Origin: a virus
Reading direction: 5' to 3' (one strand)
DNA length: 64,000 bases
Virus record (IMG/VR): IMGVR_UViG_3300024344_002032
Span: 1 to 64,000 of that record
Position numbers and translations under genes: made by a program. Position 1 is the first letter of the stretch, and the number at the start of each line of letters is the position of its first letter. The notes below the pieces were generated by a model. That model saw nothing but the letters and a program-made list of their open reading frames with translations, did not search any database and was not told where the DNA came from. Positions 47,035 to 56,762 of the stretch are shown here, piece after piece.

Positions 47035-47882
47035 AATAATTTCCTTATATCATCAATTAAAAAATCTACTACATCAGAATGAATTTGTTTACCATCATGA
47101 CCATTATCTCTTGCTTTATCATTAGATTTGTTATGTATAATTTTTAAACTATCTTTTTCTATAAATCCAAAAGGTTTATTACCACTTTCAAAATCACCAG
47201 ACCAAGTCCAATGATAAACGGGAACATCTAAAGCTTTCCATAAAGTATCTACAGAATAGAAATTAAAAAAAGTATCTTTATAAACTTCTCCATATTCTTT
47301 TAACCATCTAGTTTTATACCAACGACTATCTTTATTTGAAATATCACTATTCACTTTAAAATTAATAAAATTTAATTGAGAGTGAAAGGATTTTTTAAAT
47401 GTAGGTAGTCGTAGAGTATGTGCAAAGCTTCTTCTAAAAGCTTGTGGCCATTGATAAATTACTAATTTTGGTTTATGTTTAATTAAGTTTTTAACATACA
47501 ATATAGTATTGTTATAACAAATATCACTACCACTACCATGTTTTGCTAAATTAAAAACATCAATACCAAGTTCTTTACATAACTTCTCACACCATATATC
47601 CTTTTGATATAATCCAACACCCTCTGTATAACTACAACCAAATACTAAAGCAAAGTCTTTATCTAAATCATTTATGTTTTTAGTTCTATATCCCCATTCA
47701 TTAAAATTATATACTAAGTCTTCACTATTTTCATATTCCCAACCAGGTTTATTATTTTTATTATACTCTGCTTCAGAATCAGTACTCCAAAATTTTAATG
47801 TTTGTGATTGAACCTCATCATCAATTAATATAGGATAATCTTTGAACTTCCTCTGCTTCAATTTTAATAATCTCAGCTTCAC
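47031..47882 (-). CDS. SGNH-like hydrolase/acyltransferase
   Basis: FGCSYTEGVG, NLAKHGSG and DNGHDG. Confidence 0.65.
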   Translation of the reverse strand: MKLRLLKLKQRKFKDYPILIDDEVQSQTLKFWSTDSEAEYNKNNKPGWEYENSEDLVYNFNEWGYRTKNINDLDKDFALVFGCSYTEGVGLYQKDIWCEKLCKELGIDVFNLAKHGSGSDICYNNTILYVKNLIKHKPKLVIYQWPQAFRRSFAHTLRLPTFKKSFHSQLNFINFKVNSDISNKDSRWYKTRWLKEYGEVYKDTFFNFYSVDTLWKALDVPVYHWTWSGDFESGNKPFGFIEKDSLKIIHNKSNDKARDNGHDGKQIHSDVVDFLIDDIRKLL

Positions 47883-48598
47883 TTGAAAACCTTTCTTTTA
47901 GATATATCATAATAATTTTCCCAACTATAAACATCTTCATTTACTTCTGGTACTGAATCTATTAGTAATATTCCTCTAGCAGCATCTTCAGGTATCATAT
48001 TCATATGCCAACCTATAATAGCAAATTCATCATCTCCATAATGTACATTCATATTACGACCATCATGACTTGCAAGTTTTAACCATTCATATTCTTTTTT
48101 ATCATCGGTTAGTATCATACCACCTGCACCAATCGGAATTCTTTTTTTAACTTGAAAAGATACTACTTGTAAAGCACCATCACCAACATACATATCTTTT
48201 GTCCATCTTGTAGCACCATCTACAAGATTAAATGGTTCTAAATCATAAATACCTTTCCATTTTATATCTTCAAACTTAACTTCAAAACCTGCATTTATAA
48301 CAGTCATTGGAACTGAAATATAAGTTCTTGATGGAACTGTAATTGTAGTTGGAAAATCTTTTTGATTTCCATACATAGCTTGATAATACTTTAAACATAA
48401 AAATATTCCACTACTTGAACTATTTACAGCAACACCATATTTACTACCTGCAAACTTTGCTACCTTTTTTTCAAAAATATCAATGATATCAATTGGGTCT
48501 GAAAAATCATATCCAGCTTCTTTTAATTCAGTAAGTTCTGAACGTTCTTTTTTTCCTAATTTTCCATAAGGCCAAGGTAAGTATTTTACATCATCCAT
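47879..48598 (-). CDS. DegT/DnrJ/StrS-family PLP aminotransferase (short form)
   Basis: FEKKVAKFAG, VDGA, SFQVKK, GGMILTDD and HDGR. Confidence 0.85.
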   Translation of the reverse strand: MDDVKYLPWPYGKLGKKERSELTELKEAGYDFSDPIDIIDIFEKKVAKFAGSKYGVAVNSSSSGIFLCLKYYQAMYGNQKDFPTTITVPSRTYISVPMTVINAGFEVKFEDIKWKGIYDLEPFNLVDGATRWTKDMYVGDGALQVVSFQVKKRIPIGAGGMILTDDKKEYEWLKLASHDGRNMNVHYGDDEFAIIGWHMNMIPEDAARGILLIDSVPEVNEDVYSWENYYDISKRKVFK

Positions 48599-49727
48599 TT
48601 TTTTCTACCATGTTTATATAATCATCTCTATCTGATTTTTTAAATTTATTTTCTGGATATATTCCTGGTATTTTATTATAATCTTGTGCAAAAGTACTCC
48701 ATGTTGATTGTCCAAATTTAATTAAAAATGAACAATGAGCTAAAGAAAACAAATCCACTATATTTTTGAAAACATATCTATGAAATCCAGATGGTGCTTC
48801 CAAACTTTTATTGCGTCTCATTTCTCTCCTAATTACAGGTGAAGAATTAACAATACTATCATAATCAACAATATCATATTTATCATAAAATATTTGTAAA
48901 TTACTTTTAGGAATATCTGTACTAATATAAAACTTTTGATTTGGGTTTATTTTTAACATCTCATCCATCACATACATATAAGTACTATTATTAATAGCAG
49001 TATAACCAATTGAATCTCCTGTATACTTACATATAAAATTTCCATTCTCATCAACCCAACCCTTTAATTCTTCCACACGTTCCTCTAATGTTTGTGATTT
49101 ATTTTTTCCAGCTACATTTATATCTATTGTATCTAATAGTTCTTTATGATCAAGTTTCCAATCTATTGGTTCACCATTTCTAAAATTTTTATCATCATCT
49201 TCATCTCTATGAACTCCAGTAGGCCATCTTCGTATATGTATTCCTACAACATTTTTTGTATTTTGTTTTATATATTTATCGACAACTTTATTTTCAATAG
49301 TTATTAATTGGAAAGGTCTACTTATTAATTCAGGAGTATCACCTACAAATTCACTAAATTCATCTATAAAATTAAATCCAAAATCTGCATACCAATCTTT
49401 ATTTATATCTAACCTATAATCTTTGGTTTTTGACATTTTACCCATTAATTTTTTCGTAATTGGATCGTGTCCATAATAAAATTTTGCTGCTATAACATTA
49501 TATCTTTTATCTCTTAAATCATCTGTTTTAACAATAGATGTGTGTGGAATATTCAAATATTGTAATTCTGGCCAAAAAGCTTGTTCAACTAATATATTAA
49601 ATTTAAAATTATTAACTTTATTTATACCATAAGCTATTTCCCAATGCATAAGTCTATTACACAATCCTGTATCTTCTGGTAACATAGACCCACCCCAGGG
49701 TTCTTTCCATCTTAAATTATTCATCAA
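48591..49727 (-). CDS. Fucosyltransferase-like glycosyltransferase (NodZ/GT11/GT23 type)
   Basis: GLCNRL, VVGIHIRR, FYISTD and DLFSLAHC...STWS. Confidence 0.75.
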   Translation of the reverse strand: MMNNLRWKEPWGGSMLPEDTGLCNRLMHWEIAYGINKVNNFKFNILVEQAFWPELQYLNIPHTSIVKTDDLRDKRYNVIAAKFYYGHDPITKKLMGKMSKTKDYRLDINKDWYADFGFNFIDEFSEFVGDTPELISRPFQLITIENKVVDKYIKQNTKNVVGIHIRRWPTGVHRDEDDDKNFRNGEPIDWKLDHKELLDTIDINVAGKNKSQTLEERVEELKGWVDENGNFICKYTGDSIGYTAINNSTYMYVMDEMLKINPNQKFYISTDIPKSNLQIFYDKYDIVDYDSIVNSSPVIRREMRRNKSLEAPSGFHRYVFKNIVDLFSLAHCSFLIKFGQSTWSTFAQDYNKIPGIYPENKFKKSDRDDYINMVEKNG

Positions 49728-50361
49728 TTCTTTTTTTCCATGTTTCAGGTAATTCTCTATCTTGTTCTAAAGAAAAGCCTGTCAATACATATCTTTCTGC
49801 TAAAGCCCATGTATTTGTTGGTGTTACCCAATGTCCTATTCTAGCACCATGATTTGTTAACACTAATCTATTTGGATTTGGTAATATTGTGCTTATATTA
49901 TTGTTTTTTGTAAAATGCAATAACCCACCCCAATCATATTTCCATTGTGTATCATTGACATAAAATATGTATCCACACAAACCCATATAATCATCATAAT
50001 GTAATCTGATAAAATCTTTACCATCGTTTTGATATTTATTTGCTTGATGCATAAATCTATCAACTTTGTTTTCTGTAAGTTTAAGCATACGTGGTTTTAT
50101 ATAATCTTCGAAAACTTGTTCAAATATTTCATGTTTTAATATAGACTTACTATCCCACATATGAGCTAAATAATCTTCATTTTCTGATGGGAAGTTTTTA
50201 TCATTTTCTGTTTTCCAAATTTCATATCTTCCTTGTCTGATTTGTGTAACCTCTTCATAATCTTTTGCATATCTACAGACATCATTTATTTTATTGTACA
50301 TATGCTCAGGTAATAAATCATCAATTATTACATAACCATTTTTTTCATAATCAGAGAACAT
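49717..50361 (-). CDS. 2OG-Fe(II) oxygenase
   Basis: HYD, WGGLL, PNPNRLVL and HWV...R. Confidence 0.85.
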   Translation of the reverse strand: MFSDYEKNGYVIIDDLLPEHMYNKINDVCRYAKDYEEVTQIRQGRYEIWKTENDKNFPSENEDYLAHMWDSKSILKHEIFEQVFEDYIKPRMLKLTENKVDRFMHQANKYQNDGKDFIRLHYDDYMGLCGYIFYVNDTQWKYDWGGLLHFTKNNNISTILPNPNRLVLTNHGARIGHWVTPTNTWALAERYVLTGFSLEQDRELPETWKKRIDE

Positions 50362-51259
50362 GATTTTCCTTATACCATTTGATTGTCTTTTCTAATCCCT
50401 CTTTCAATGTGTATTTACATTTCCAACCTAACTCATTCATTATCTTTGTAGAATCAATTTTACGTACTGGTATCATTGGTTTCATACCACCTACGTATTC
50501 TATTGGTGCATCATAGTTTTCAATTTCCATACACATTGATAATACTTCATTTACAGAATGGGCTGTATTACTTCCAATGTTCCATATAGAATAATCATCT
50601 ACTTTTTTGACAATAAGTTCTAAAGCAGTAACCACATCATCTATATGAATCAAATCTCTTATTTCAGAACCATCTCCCCAAACTTTAATTGGATTATGTT
50701 TATCTACTACTTTTCTAATTGTAGCAGGTGTTACATGACATTTATCAAAATCCCATTTATCTCCAGGTCCAAATATATTCGCAGGTCTAACAACTATACA
50801 CTGCATAGTTTTATCTAAACGATTAGAATACATATCACATAATACTTCTGCATATCTTTTCATCCAACCAACAGGAAAATATGCAGGATATGGTTCATCA
50901 AAAATATAGTCAGTTTCTTTTACTGATCTCTCATTTGATGGTGGATAAATTGTAGAACTACTGATAAAAATAAACTTCTTCACACCACTATGATAAGAAG
51001 CATCCATTACATTAGCATTCATAGCGACATTTGGTGTAACGTGAACTAATGGTGATTTCTCTGTATCAAAAGCGTTTGATGTATTTGCTGCACAATGAAT
51101 GACAGTATCATAACCCTCAATAATACTTTTACATTTACTTAATGATGTTAAATCTGCATCCTTTGAACCAATACCATCAACATCCATTCCTTTTTCTTTT
51201 AAGTGTATATATAAATTTGAACCAATCAAACCTGTATATCCTGTTATTAATATTCTCAT
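50351..51259 (-). CDS. NDP-sugar epimerase/reductase (GDP-L-fucose synthase-like)
   Basis: TGYTGLIG, RPANIFGPGD and VWGDGSEIRDLIH. Confidence 0.85.
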   Translation of the reverse strand: MRILITGYTGLIGSNLYIHLKEKGMDVDGIGSKDADLTSLSKCKSIIEGYDTVIHCAANTSNAFDTEKSPLVHVTPNVAMNANVMDASYHSGVKKFIFISSSTIYPPSNERSVKETDYIFDEPYPAYFPVGWMKRYAEVLCDMYSNRLDKTMQCIVVRPANIFGPGDKWDFDKCHVTPATIRKVVDKHNPIKVWGDGSEIRDLIHIDDVVTALELIVKKVDDYSIWNIGSNTAHSVNEVLSMCMEIENYDAPIEYVGGMKPMIPVRKIDSTKIMNELGWKCKYTLKEGLEKTIKWYKENHVL

Positions 51260-52221
51260 AATGCTGCCCCATATGTTAAAGGAAATCCATTTCTAAAATG
51301 ACTTGTATCATTATTTATTATTATTTGATAAGCCATTATTAATTCTTTTATACCATCATCTAAATTATATTTAGGTAGCCAACCTGTGCTTTCTACTTTT
51401 TCATTACTTACAATGTAATCTCTTTTGTCAGGATCCTCATAATAATCAGAATAAGTAATAGCAAAATCTGAAATATATTTTTTAATCAACTCAGCTAATT
51501 GTTGTTTGTTAATATTTGCATCCGATAATCCTACATTGAATATCTCACCTCTATGTATATCACGAAGAACAACCATCCATTCAAATACTGAAGCTACATC
51601 TCTGATATGAATATAGTTACGAACTGCTTTTCTTTCAAAGATAGTAATATATTTATCCGTCAATGCTTTATAAACAAATTCATTAACTAATAAATCTAAT
51701 CTCATTCTTGGTGATACACCAAACACCGTAGCAAATCTAAAGATAATTGCATTACCATTTTGTAATAATATATCTTCTGCATTACATTTGGTTATTCCAT
51801 AATGACTAATTGGTTGTAATTTTTGGTTTTCCTTACATATACCACTTGAACGAGTTCCATAACCACTATTTGTATTTGGAAAAATAATAGTTTGTTCTTT
51901 AGATGTATTAGTTATTAAATCATATATCTGATTATAATTTACCTCTTCTGCTAATTGTTTATCTTTTTCACAAGCAGGAAAACCAACTATCGCAGCCAAT
52001 GGTATTATCACATCTGCTTTCTGTACATACTCATTTAATTTTTTATAATCTCTAACATCACCGTATACAAATTTAAAATTAGATTTATAGCATAAATCAC
52101 TCAATGTTAATTGATTATACATTAAGTTATCATATACAGTTACATCATATCCCTTATTTACTAAAAGAGGTGTAATAACTGATCCTAAATATCCTGCTCC
52201 ACCTGTAATTAATATATTCAT
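51256..52221 (-). CDS. NAD-dependent epimerase/dehydratase
   Basis: TGGAGYLG, YGITK and RFATVFGVSPRMRLDL. Confidence 0.9.
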   Translation of the reverse strand: MNILITGGAGYLGSVITPLLVNKGYDVTVYDNLMYNQLTLSDLCYKSNFKFVYGDVRDYKKLNEYVQKADVIIPLAAIVGFPACEKDKQLAEEVNYNQIYDLITNTSKEQTIIFPNTNSGYGTRSSGICKENQKLQPISHYGITKCNAEDILLQNGNAIIFRFATVFGVSPRMRLDLLVNEFVYKALTDKYITIFERKAVRNYIHIRDVASVFEWMVVLRDIHRGEIFNVGLSDANINKQQLAELIKKYISDFAITYSDYYEDPDKRDYIVSNEKVESTGWLPKYNLDDGIKELIMAYQIIINNDTSHFRNGFPLTYGAAL

Positions 52222-53097
52222 CTAATGTATGTAATCTCCTATATGTTTTGAAATACATAATCTATTTACTTCTGTACCTCTATTTAATTCTTTATGTTCG
52301 TCTCCACCAAAAGCAAACCCAACACAATCACTTTGTTCTAAATTGTGTTCTTTACAAAATTTTTTAGATTCATTTCCCCATGTTTTCCAAGCATAATCTG
52401 GTTCAAACTCTTCTAATAATTTAATACCAATATATGCTGATAAATGATTGAATTGTTTCCATTCATTCATAATGTGTATATTATCATCATGATATTTTCG
52501 TGAATATCTCACACCAGCTCTTAATTTATTAGCATCATGAAAACCTTTACTCAAACTAAAGGTAATATCTTCAATACAACTATATTTTGAAAAATCAAAA
52601 TCAATATTTTTTGCAATTAAATACCAAGCACAATCAATTAATACAGGAGCTCCTACTTCTTCACACTTGTCTAATACTTCTTTCATTCTTGGATGTTCTT
52701 TACAATAATCAGAAAATGGTAAACTTATAATAACTGCGTCATTAAAAGAAATACCTGCATCATCAATATAATCCCAATCATGATATTTCTTCCAATTAGC
52801 TTTATGATAAAAGAACTCACCTTTAAAACATTTAAATCTTCTTTTGTTGTGTCTCATCCAAAATGAATCAAATGCTTGACTTGTTCCATTAATATAAGCC
52901 TTATATTTAAAATCCTCTAAACCACTCAATTTATTATACTTAGATGCCTTTATATATTTATCAAATACATTACAAAATCCTTGTGATATTGTCTTAGCTT
53001 GGAAAAATAATACATTACCATAATCATCTTTCTCTGTATTTATTTTTTTTAAAATAGTATTCCAAAAATGACTAACATCTTTATCTGGAACAGCTTT
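52222..53097 (-). CDS. PLP-dependent aminotransferase-like domain (frame open to 53097 with no ATG there; probably joined to the upstream ORF)
   Basis: NGTSQAFD, GEFFYH, IDCAW and FSLSKG...RAGVR. Confidence 0.7.
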   Translation of the reverse strand, partial: KAVPDKDVSHFWNTILKKINTEKDDYGNVLFFQAKTISQGFCNVFDKYIKASKYNKLSGLEDFKYKAYINGTSQAFDSFWMRHNKRRFKCFKGEFFYHKANWKKYHDWDYIDDAGISFNDAVIISLPFSDYCKEHPRMKEVLDKCEEVGAPVLIDCAWYLIAKNIDFDFSKYSCIEDITFSLSKGFHDANKLRAGVRYSRKYHDDNIHIMNEWKQFNHLSAYIGIKLLEEFEPDYAWKTWGNESKKFCKEHNLEQSDCVGFAFGGDEHKELNRGTEVNRLCISKHIGDYIH

Positions 53098-53608
53098 TTA
53101 ATTTATCAGGATCTAACTCTGAATAAAATTCCTTTTGTCGTTTTTTTATAAATTCATATTCTTTAGCTTGTGCATCAAAATCTTCTCTCAGAATACAAGG
53201 TATCAAAACTTCATTAATATCAATATGTGGATATTGTGTTAATAAAATATGTTTTACACAAACCATACGATGAGATCCATCCCACATTTCATAATCGCCT
53301 GTATCAAATTGTGGTCTAATACATATAGGTTCTTTCATACCATGTTCAAGAATACTTCCTTCCATCATTTCATATTCCCAAGTAGCTTGTTTTTTAAAAT
53401 CTTCTGGACTATACCAATTATGAATAAACATTTCAGCATCTACTGCACCAACTCTTTTAGGACTTGTATGATTGCCAGGATGTACTTTACCATCATTACC
53501 AGTCCAACGACCAGTTCTTATTACTAAATGTTTCATTTTAATATAAAGTACTTCTTCTCTAACTTCTTCAAAGATATTTTCTATTGCTAAAAATTTTAAT
53601 TCTTCCAT
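53081..53608 (-). CDS. ParB/sulfiredoxin-like domain protein
   Basis: SILEHGMKEPI...YEMWDGSHRM. Confidence 0.7.
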   Translation of the reverse strand: MEELKFLAIENIFEEVREEVLYIKMKHLVIRTGRWTGNDGKVHPGNHTSPKRVGAVDAEMFIHNWYSPEDFKKQATWEYEMMEGSILEHGMKEPICIRPQFDTGDYEMWDGSHRMVCVKHILLTQYPHIDINEVLIPCILREDFDAQAKEYEFIKKRQKEFYSELDPDKLKSCSR

Positions 53609-53619
53609 TATATATGTCC

Positions 53620-54138
53620 TTATATATGTCCTGTTAATTGTAATGAATATCTATAGTCTATTCCTATATTTGATGCAGCGTGTTCCATATCGCCTGGCCA
53701 CCAAACCCAATATCCTGCTTTCCAATCTACAATTGGTTTACCATTCACTTCAAGATAGTGACCAGGTTTCCAATCTTCTAACAAAAGTAAAACTCTCTCT
53801 GATTGACGTTGCGTAAGATTAAATTTTTTTGTATATTCTTGATATAAATCTGCGTGTGTAGGTAATATAACTCCTGTTTCCATTCTGTAAAAGTTAGCGC
53901 CAATATCTTTCCAACCAAAATCTTTTTCTAGCCACTCTACTATTTTAGATGTCCAACTCGGATGTTTCTCACCATGAGGACACATAGCTCCAGTAAAAAG
54001 TTCATCGGGATGTGTGTATCCCTCTTTTCTCCATCTTTTCATATCTTGAGGATTATTATGAACAACTTTATAATAATTTAAATCTTTATATTGTTCATCC
54101 CAAAATGGTTCAATACTTCCTAATCTAAATTTACTCAT
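53620..54138 (-). CDS. Cupin/Fe(II) oxygenase-like protein (Asp-hydroxylase-like)
   Basis: LPTHAD, DWKPGH and HAASNIG...RYSLQLTG. Confidence 0.75.
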   Translation of the reverse strand: MSKFRLGSIEPFWDEQYKDLNYYKVVHNNPQDMKRWRKEGYTHPDELFTGAMCPHGEKHPSWTSKIVEWLEKDFGWKDIGANFYRMETGVILPTHADLYQEYTKKFNLTQRQSERVLLLLEDWKPGHYLEVNGKPIVDWKAGYWVWWPGDMEHAASNIGIDYRYSLQLTGHI

Positions 54139-54823
54139 CATATAATCTCGTGTGTGTATATTCATCAGAATCATAAATACTTCTATGTGGTGGATCGTTT
54201 TCATCATAATCACTTGAACTAATATAGTAAAAAATTCTCAATGCAGTTCTTACCTGATTCTTAGGACAAGTTAATTGTTTTACTGAATGGTATGGTGATT
54301 CTTTTTTATTTTCAAACATTATAAATCGATTAAACATTGGTGCTACTTCATCAATCAACTCTCCATGCCTACCAGTCCAATATTGTTGATGACCACCCCA
54401 AGTTTCTTTCCAATCTGGATTTAAAAATAAAAAACAAGTTAATTTTCTATGTAATCTTAATCTATCATTCCAATTGAAATCATGATGAATTTTTAAATCT
54501 TTACCTTTTCTAAATCTACTAAATCCTGCTCCAACTAAGTGAGGGTCTGGCATCAGTCCTACAATACCTGTAAGTTGTTCTAATTCATAAATAAATTCTC
54601 CACTATGAAATAAATCGTAAGTTATTTTATGTGCAGTTTTTGTATAAAATAAATCATTATACTCTTCCATAGCAGAACCAGCTCTACTGAATAATGTCCA
54701 TCCACCTTTTGGTGCACTTAAACATTCATCGTGTAATTCTAAACAAGTTTTTTCATCTAAGAAATTATCTACATAGATAAAGGGAACTTCAGATTCATCC
54801 CATTGTCTTTTTTTGTAAATCAC
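54131..54823 (-). CDS. 2OG-Fe(II) oxygenase
   Basis: PDPHLVGAG, HHDFN, WGG, FNR and HSV...R. Confidence 0.88.
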   Translation of the reverse strand: MIYKKRQWDESEVPFIYVDNFLDEKTCLELHDECLSAPKGGWTLFSRAGSAMEEYNDLFYTKTAHKITYDLFHSGEFIYELEQLTGIVGLMPDPHLVGAGFSRFRKGKDLKIHHDFNWNDRLRLHRKLTCFLFLNPDWKETWGGHQQYWTGRHGELIDEVAPMFNRFIMFENKKESPYHSVKQLTCPKNQVRTALRIFYYISSSDYDENDPPHRSIYDSDEYTHTRLYDE

Positions 54824-56762
54824 CTTTATTGTTCTCCATTATTGATTTATAACGACCTTCTTTTCTTCCCCACCAAAATAAATCTCTACACCATTTAATA
54901 TAATCACCTTTATAATTCTTTCCAGCATTTGAATCAACTGTTAATTCATAACCACCATTAGTTAAAGGTTTTCCTTTATTAATAACATCGTGAATATTAT
55001 ATGGTAACTTTAATTTATATGGATATTTTTTATCTGGATTAACTATTGCATTTTTTTGAAAATAAATTACAGTATCAAGAATAGTTTCATCTGAAATATA
55101 ATTACTTTCTAAAATAAAATCTTTAATTTCTTGATAAAATAAATCTACTTTTTTCCAAATCTTTACAATAGAACCCTCATCAAATTCCCAAGTTCTTTTA
55201 TCTTCTAAATACCATCCCCAATGACGATCATTAATAAACACATCTTTTAATGCAACTTTAAACTCTTTTATCTCTTTACCTAAGACCGTATCTTGTTTAT
55301 TAGAAAAATATTTATGTAATTTTTTATAAAAATCTTCAAAAGTTATATTAGAATAATTCTTTAAAAATCTAGACACAAACTGAGTTAAACCAAAGAAATG
55401 AGTTATCATTATAAACCATCTAAATTCATGTGCTTGTAACAATTCATCAAAACTCATAGTAGCTGTTTGAATCGCTATATTTTCCTCTTCACTTTCATCT
55501 ATTTCAGTTTCAGTTATATGATAATACAATGCTTTAGTCTTGGTATATTTAATTTTATACTTATCAATATATTCTGGATCACCAAATGGTGTATTTGGTA
55601 ATATACTCAATGGATAAATTCCTAAATAATTATGAAGTCCATAATTCATCAATTTAAATATACCATCTTTAAAACTATCAAGAGTTTCTTCTGGCAAACC
55701 AACAATTAATTCTGCATATATCGGTAAATTAATTTCATTACATTTATCAATAAATTCTTTCATATCATCACCAACAATATTTTTTCTCATTACTGCTTTT
55801 AAAGTATCTGGATTAAATGATTGTAAAGCCATAGTTAATCCTTTTGCCATATTACCATCTTTTAATTTTTGAGCAATAGGTATAAGTTTTATTCCTCTAT
55901 CTTTTGCCCAATCATTTCGAAACACCATTGGAAAACCATATTTCTTTTTCAATTCAACTAAAAGTTCTGCTATTTTATAATCTCTTTCAAAATATAATCC
56001 AAAATTAGAATCTGCATTATCAATATACTCAACTTTATTTTCTGCCATCCACATAAATTCTTTTTGTATCTTCTGATAACTTTGTGGTTTTATTTTTTGA
56101 AAATATAAATCCCCAATCTCACAATAAGTACATCTATAAGGACAACCTCTAACAGATTCTACTGTAGCAGTGAAAACATATTTATCTTTCCACTTATCAA
56201 CAAATCTATCCATCAATCCATTTAGATATGGACTTGGCATAGAATCAATATCTGCAATTCTTTGTTGAGTTGGATTTGTTTTAAATTTATCATCTTTAAG
56301 TTTGTATGTAATACCATTTACTTTTGACCAATCTTTATCTTTTAAATTTTCTAATAAAATTTGTTCAAAAGTTAATTCTCCCTCACCATGAACTAAAATA
56401 TCAACATACGGATGTTCTTTAAAAAAATCTTGTTCATGTTTTAATCTATCTGCTGATGGTTGATGTTGTCCACCATAAATAATAATACAATCTGGATATT
56501 TTTCTTTTACTTTTGTTGCAACTTCATTATTAAATGCCCAATTCCAAACAAAACAAGAAAATCCAATTACTGATGGATTGTCAATATCATCAACAAATTT
56601 ATCTATCTCATCACGAACAAATAAAATATCAGTAAGATTATAATTCTTTTCTATAGTTTTATTTGTTTGACAATGAGACCAAAGCAAACCTGTAGAGTAT
56701 GGTAAACGAACTTGTCTACCATCAAAAACATATGATGCTTCAATTAGATATAAGTTTTTAAT
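54795..56762 (-). CDS. B12-binding radical SAM enzyme (probable ATT start at 56762)
   Basis: LPYSTGLLW, GFSCFVWN, HGEGE, RGCPYRCTYC and ADSNFG. Confidence 0.88.
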   Translation of the reverse strand: MKNLYLIEASYVFDGRQVRLPYSTGLLWSHCQTNKTIEKNYNLTDILFVRDEIDKFVDDIDNPSVIGFSCFVWNWAFNNEVATKVKEKYPDCIIIYGGQHQPSADRLKHEQDFFKEHPYVDILVHGEGELTFEQILLENLKDKDWSKVNGITYKLKDDKFKTNPTQQRIADIDSMPSPYLNGLMDRFVDKWKDKYVFTATVESVRGCPYRCTYCEIGDLYFQKIKPQSYQKIQKEFMWMAENKVEYIDNADSNFGLYFERDYKIAELLVELKKKYGFPMVFRNDWAKDRGIKLIPIAQKLKDGNMAKGLTMALQSFNPDTLKAVMRKNIVGDDMKEFIDKCNEINLPIYAELIVGLPEETLDSFKDGIFKLMNYGLHNYLGIYPLSILPNTPFGDPEYIDKYKIKYTKTKALYYHITETEIDESEEENIAIQTATMSFDELLQAHEFRWFIMITHFFGLTQFVSRFLKNYSNITFEDFYKKLHKYFSNKQDTVLGKEIKEFKVALKDVFINDRHWGWYLEDKRTWEFDEGSIVKIWKKVDLFYQEIKDFILESNYISDETILDTVIYFQKNAIVNPDKKYPYKLKLPYNIHDVINKGKPLTNGGYELTVDSNAGKNYKGDYIKWCRDLFWWGRKEGRYKSIMENNKGDLQKKTMG

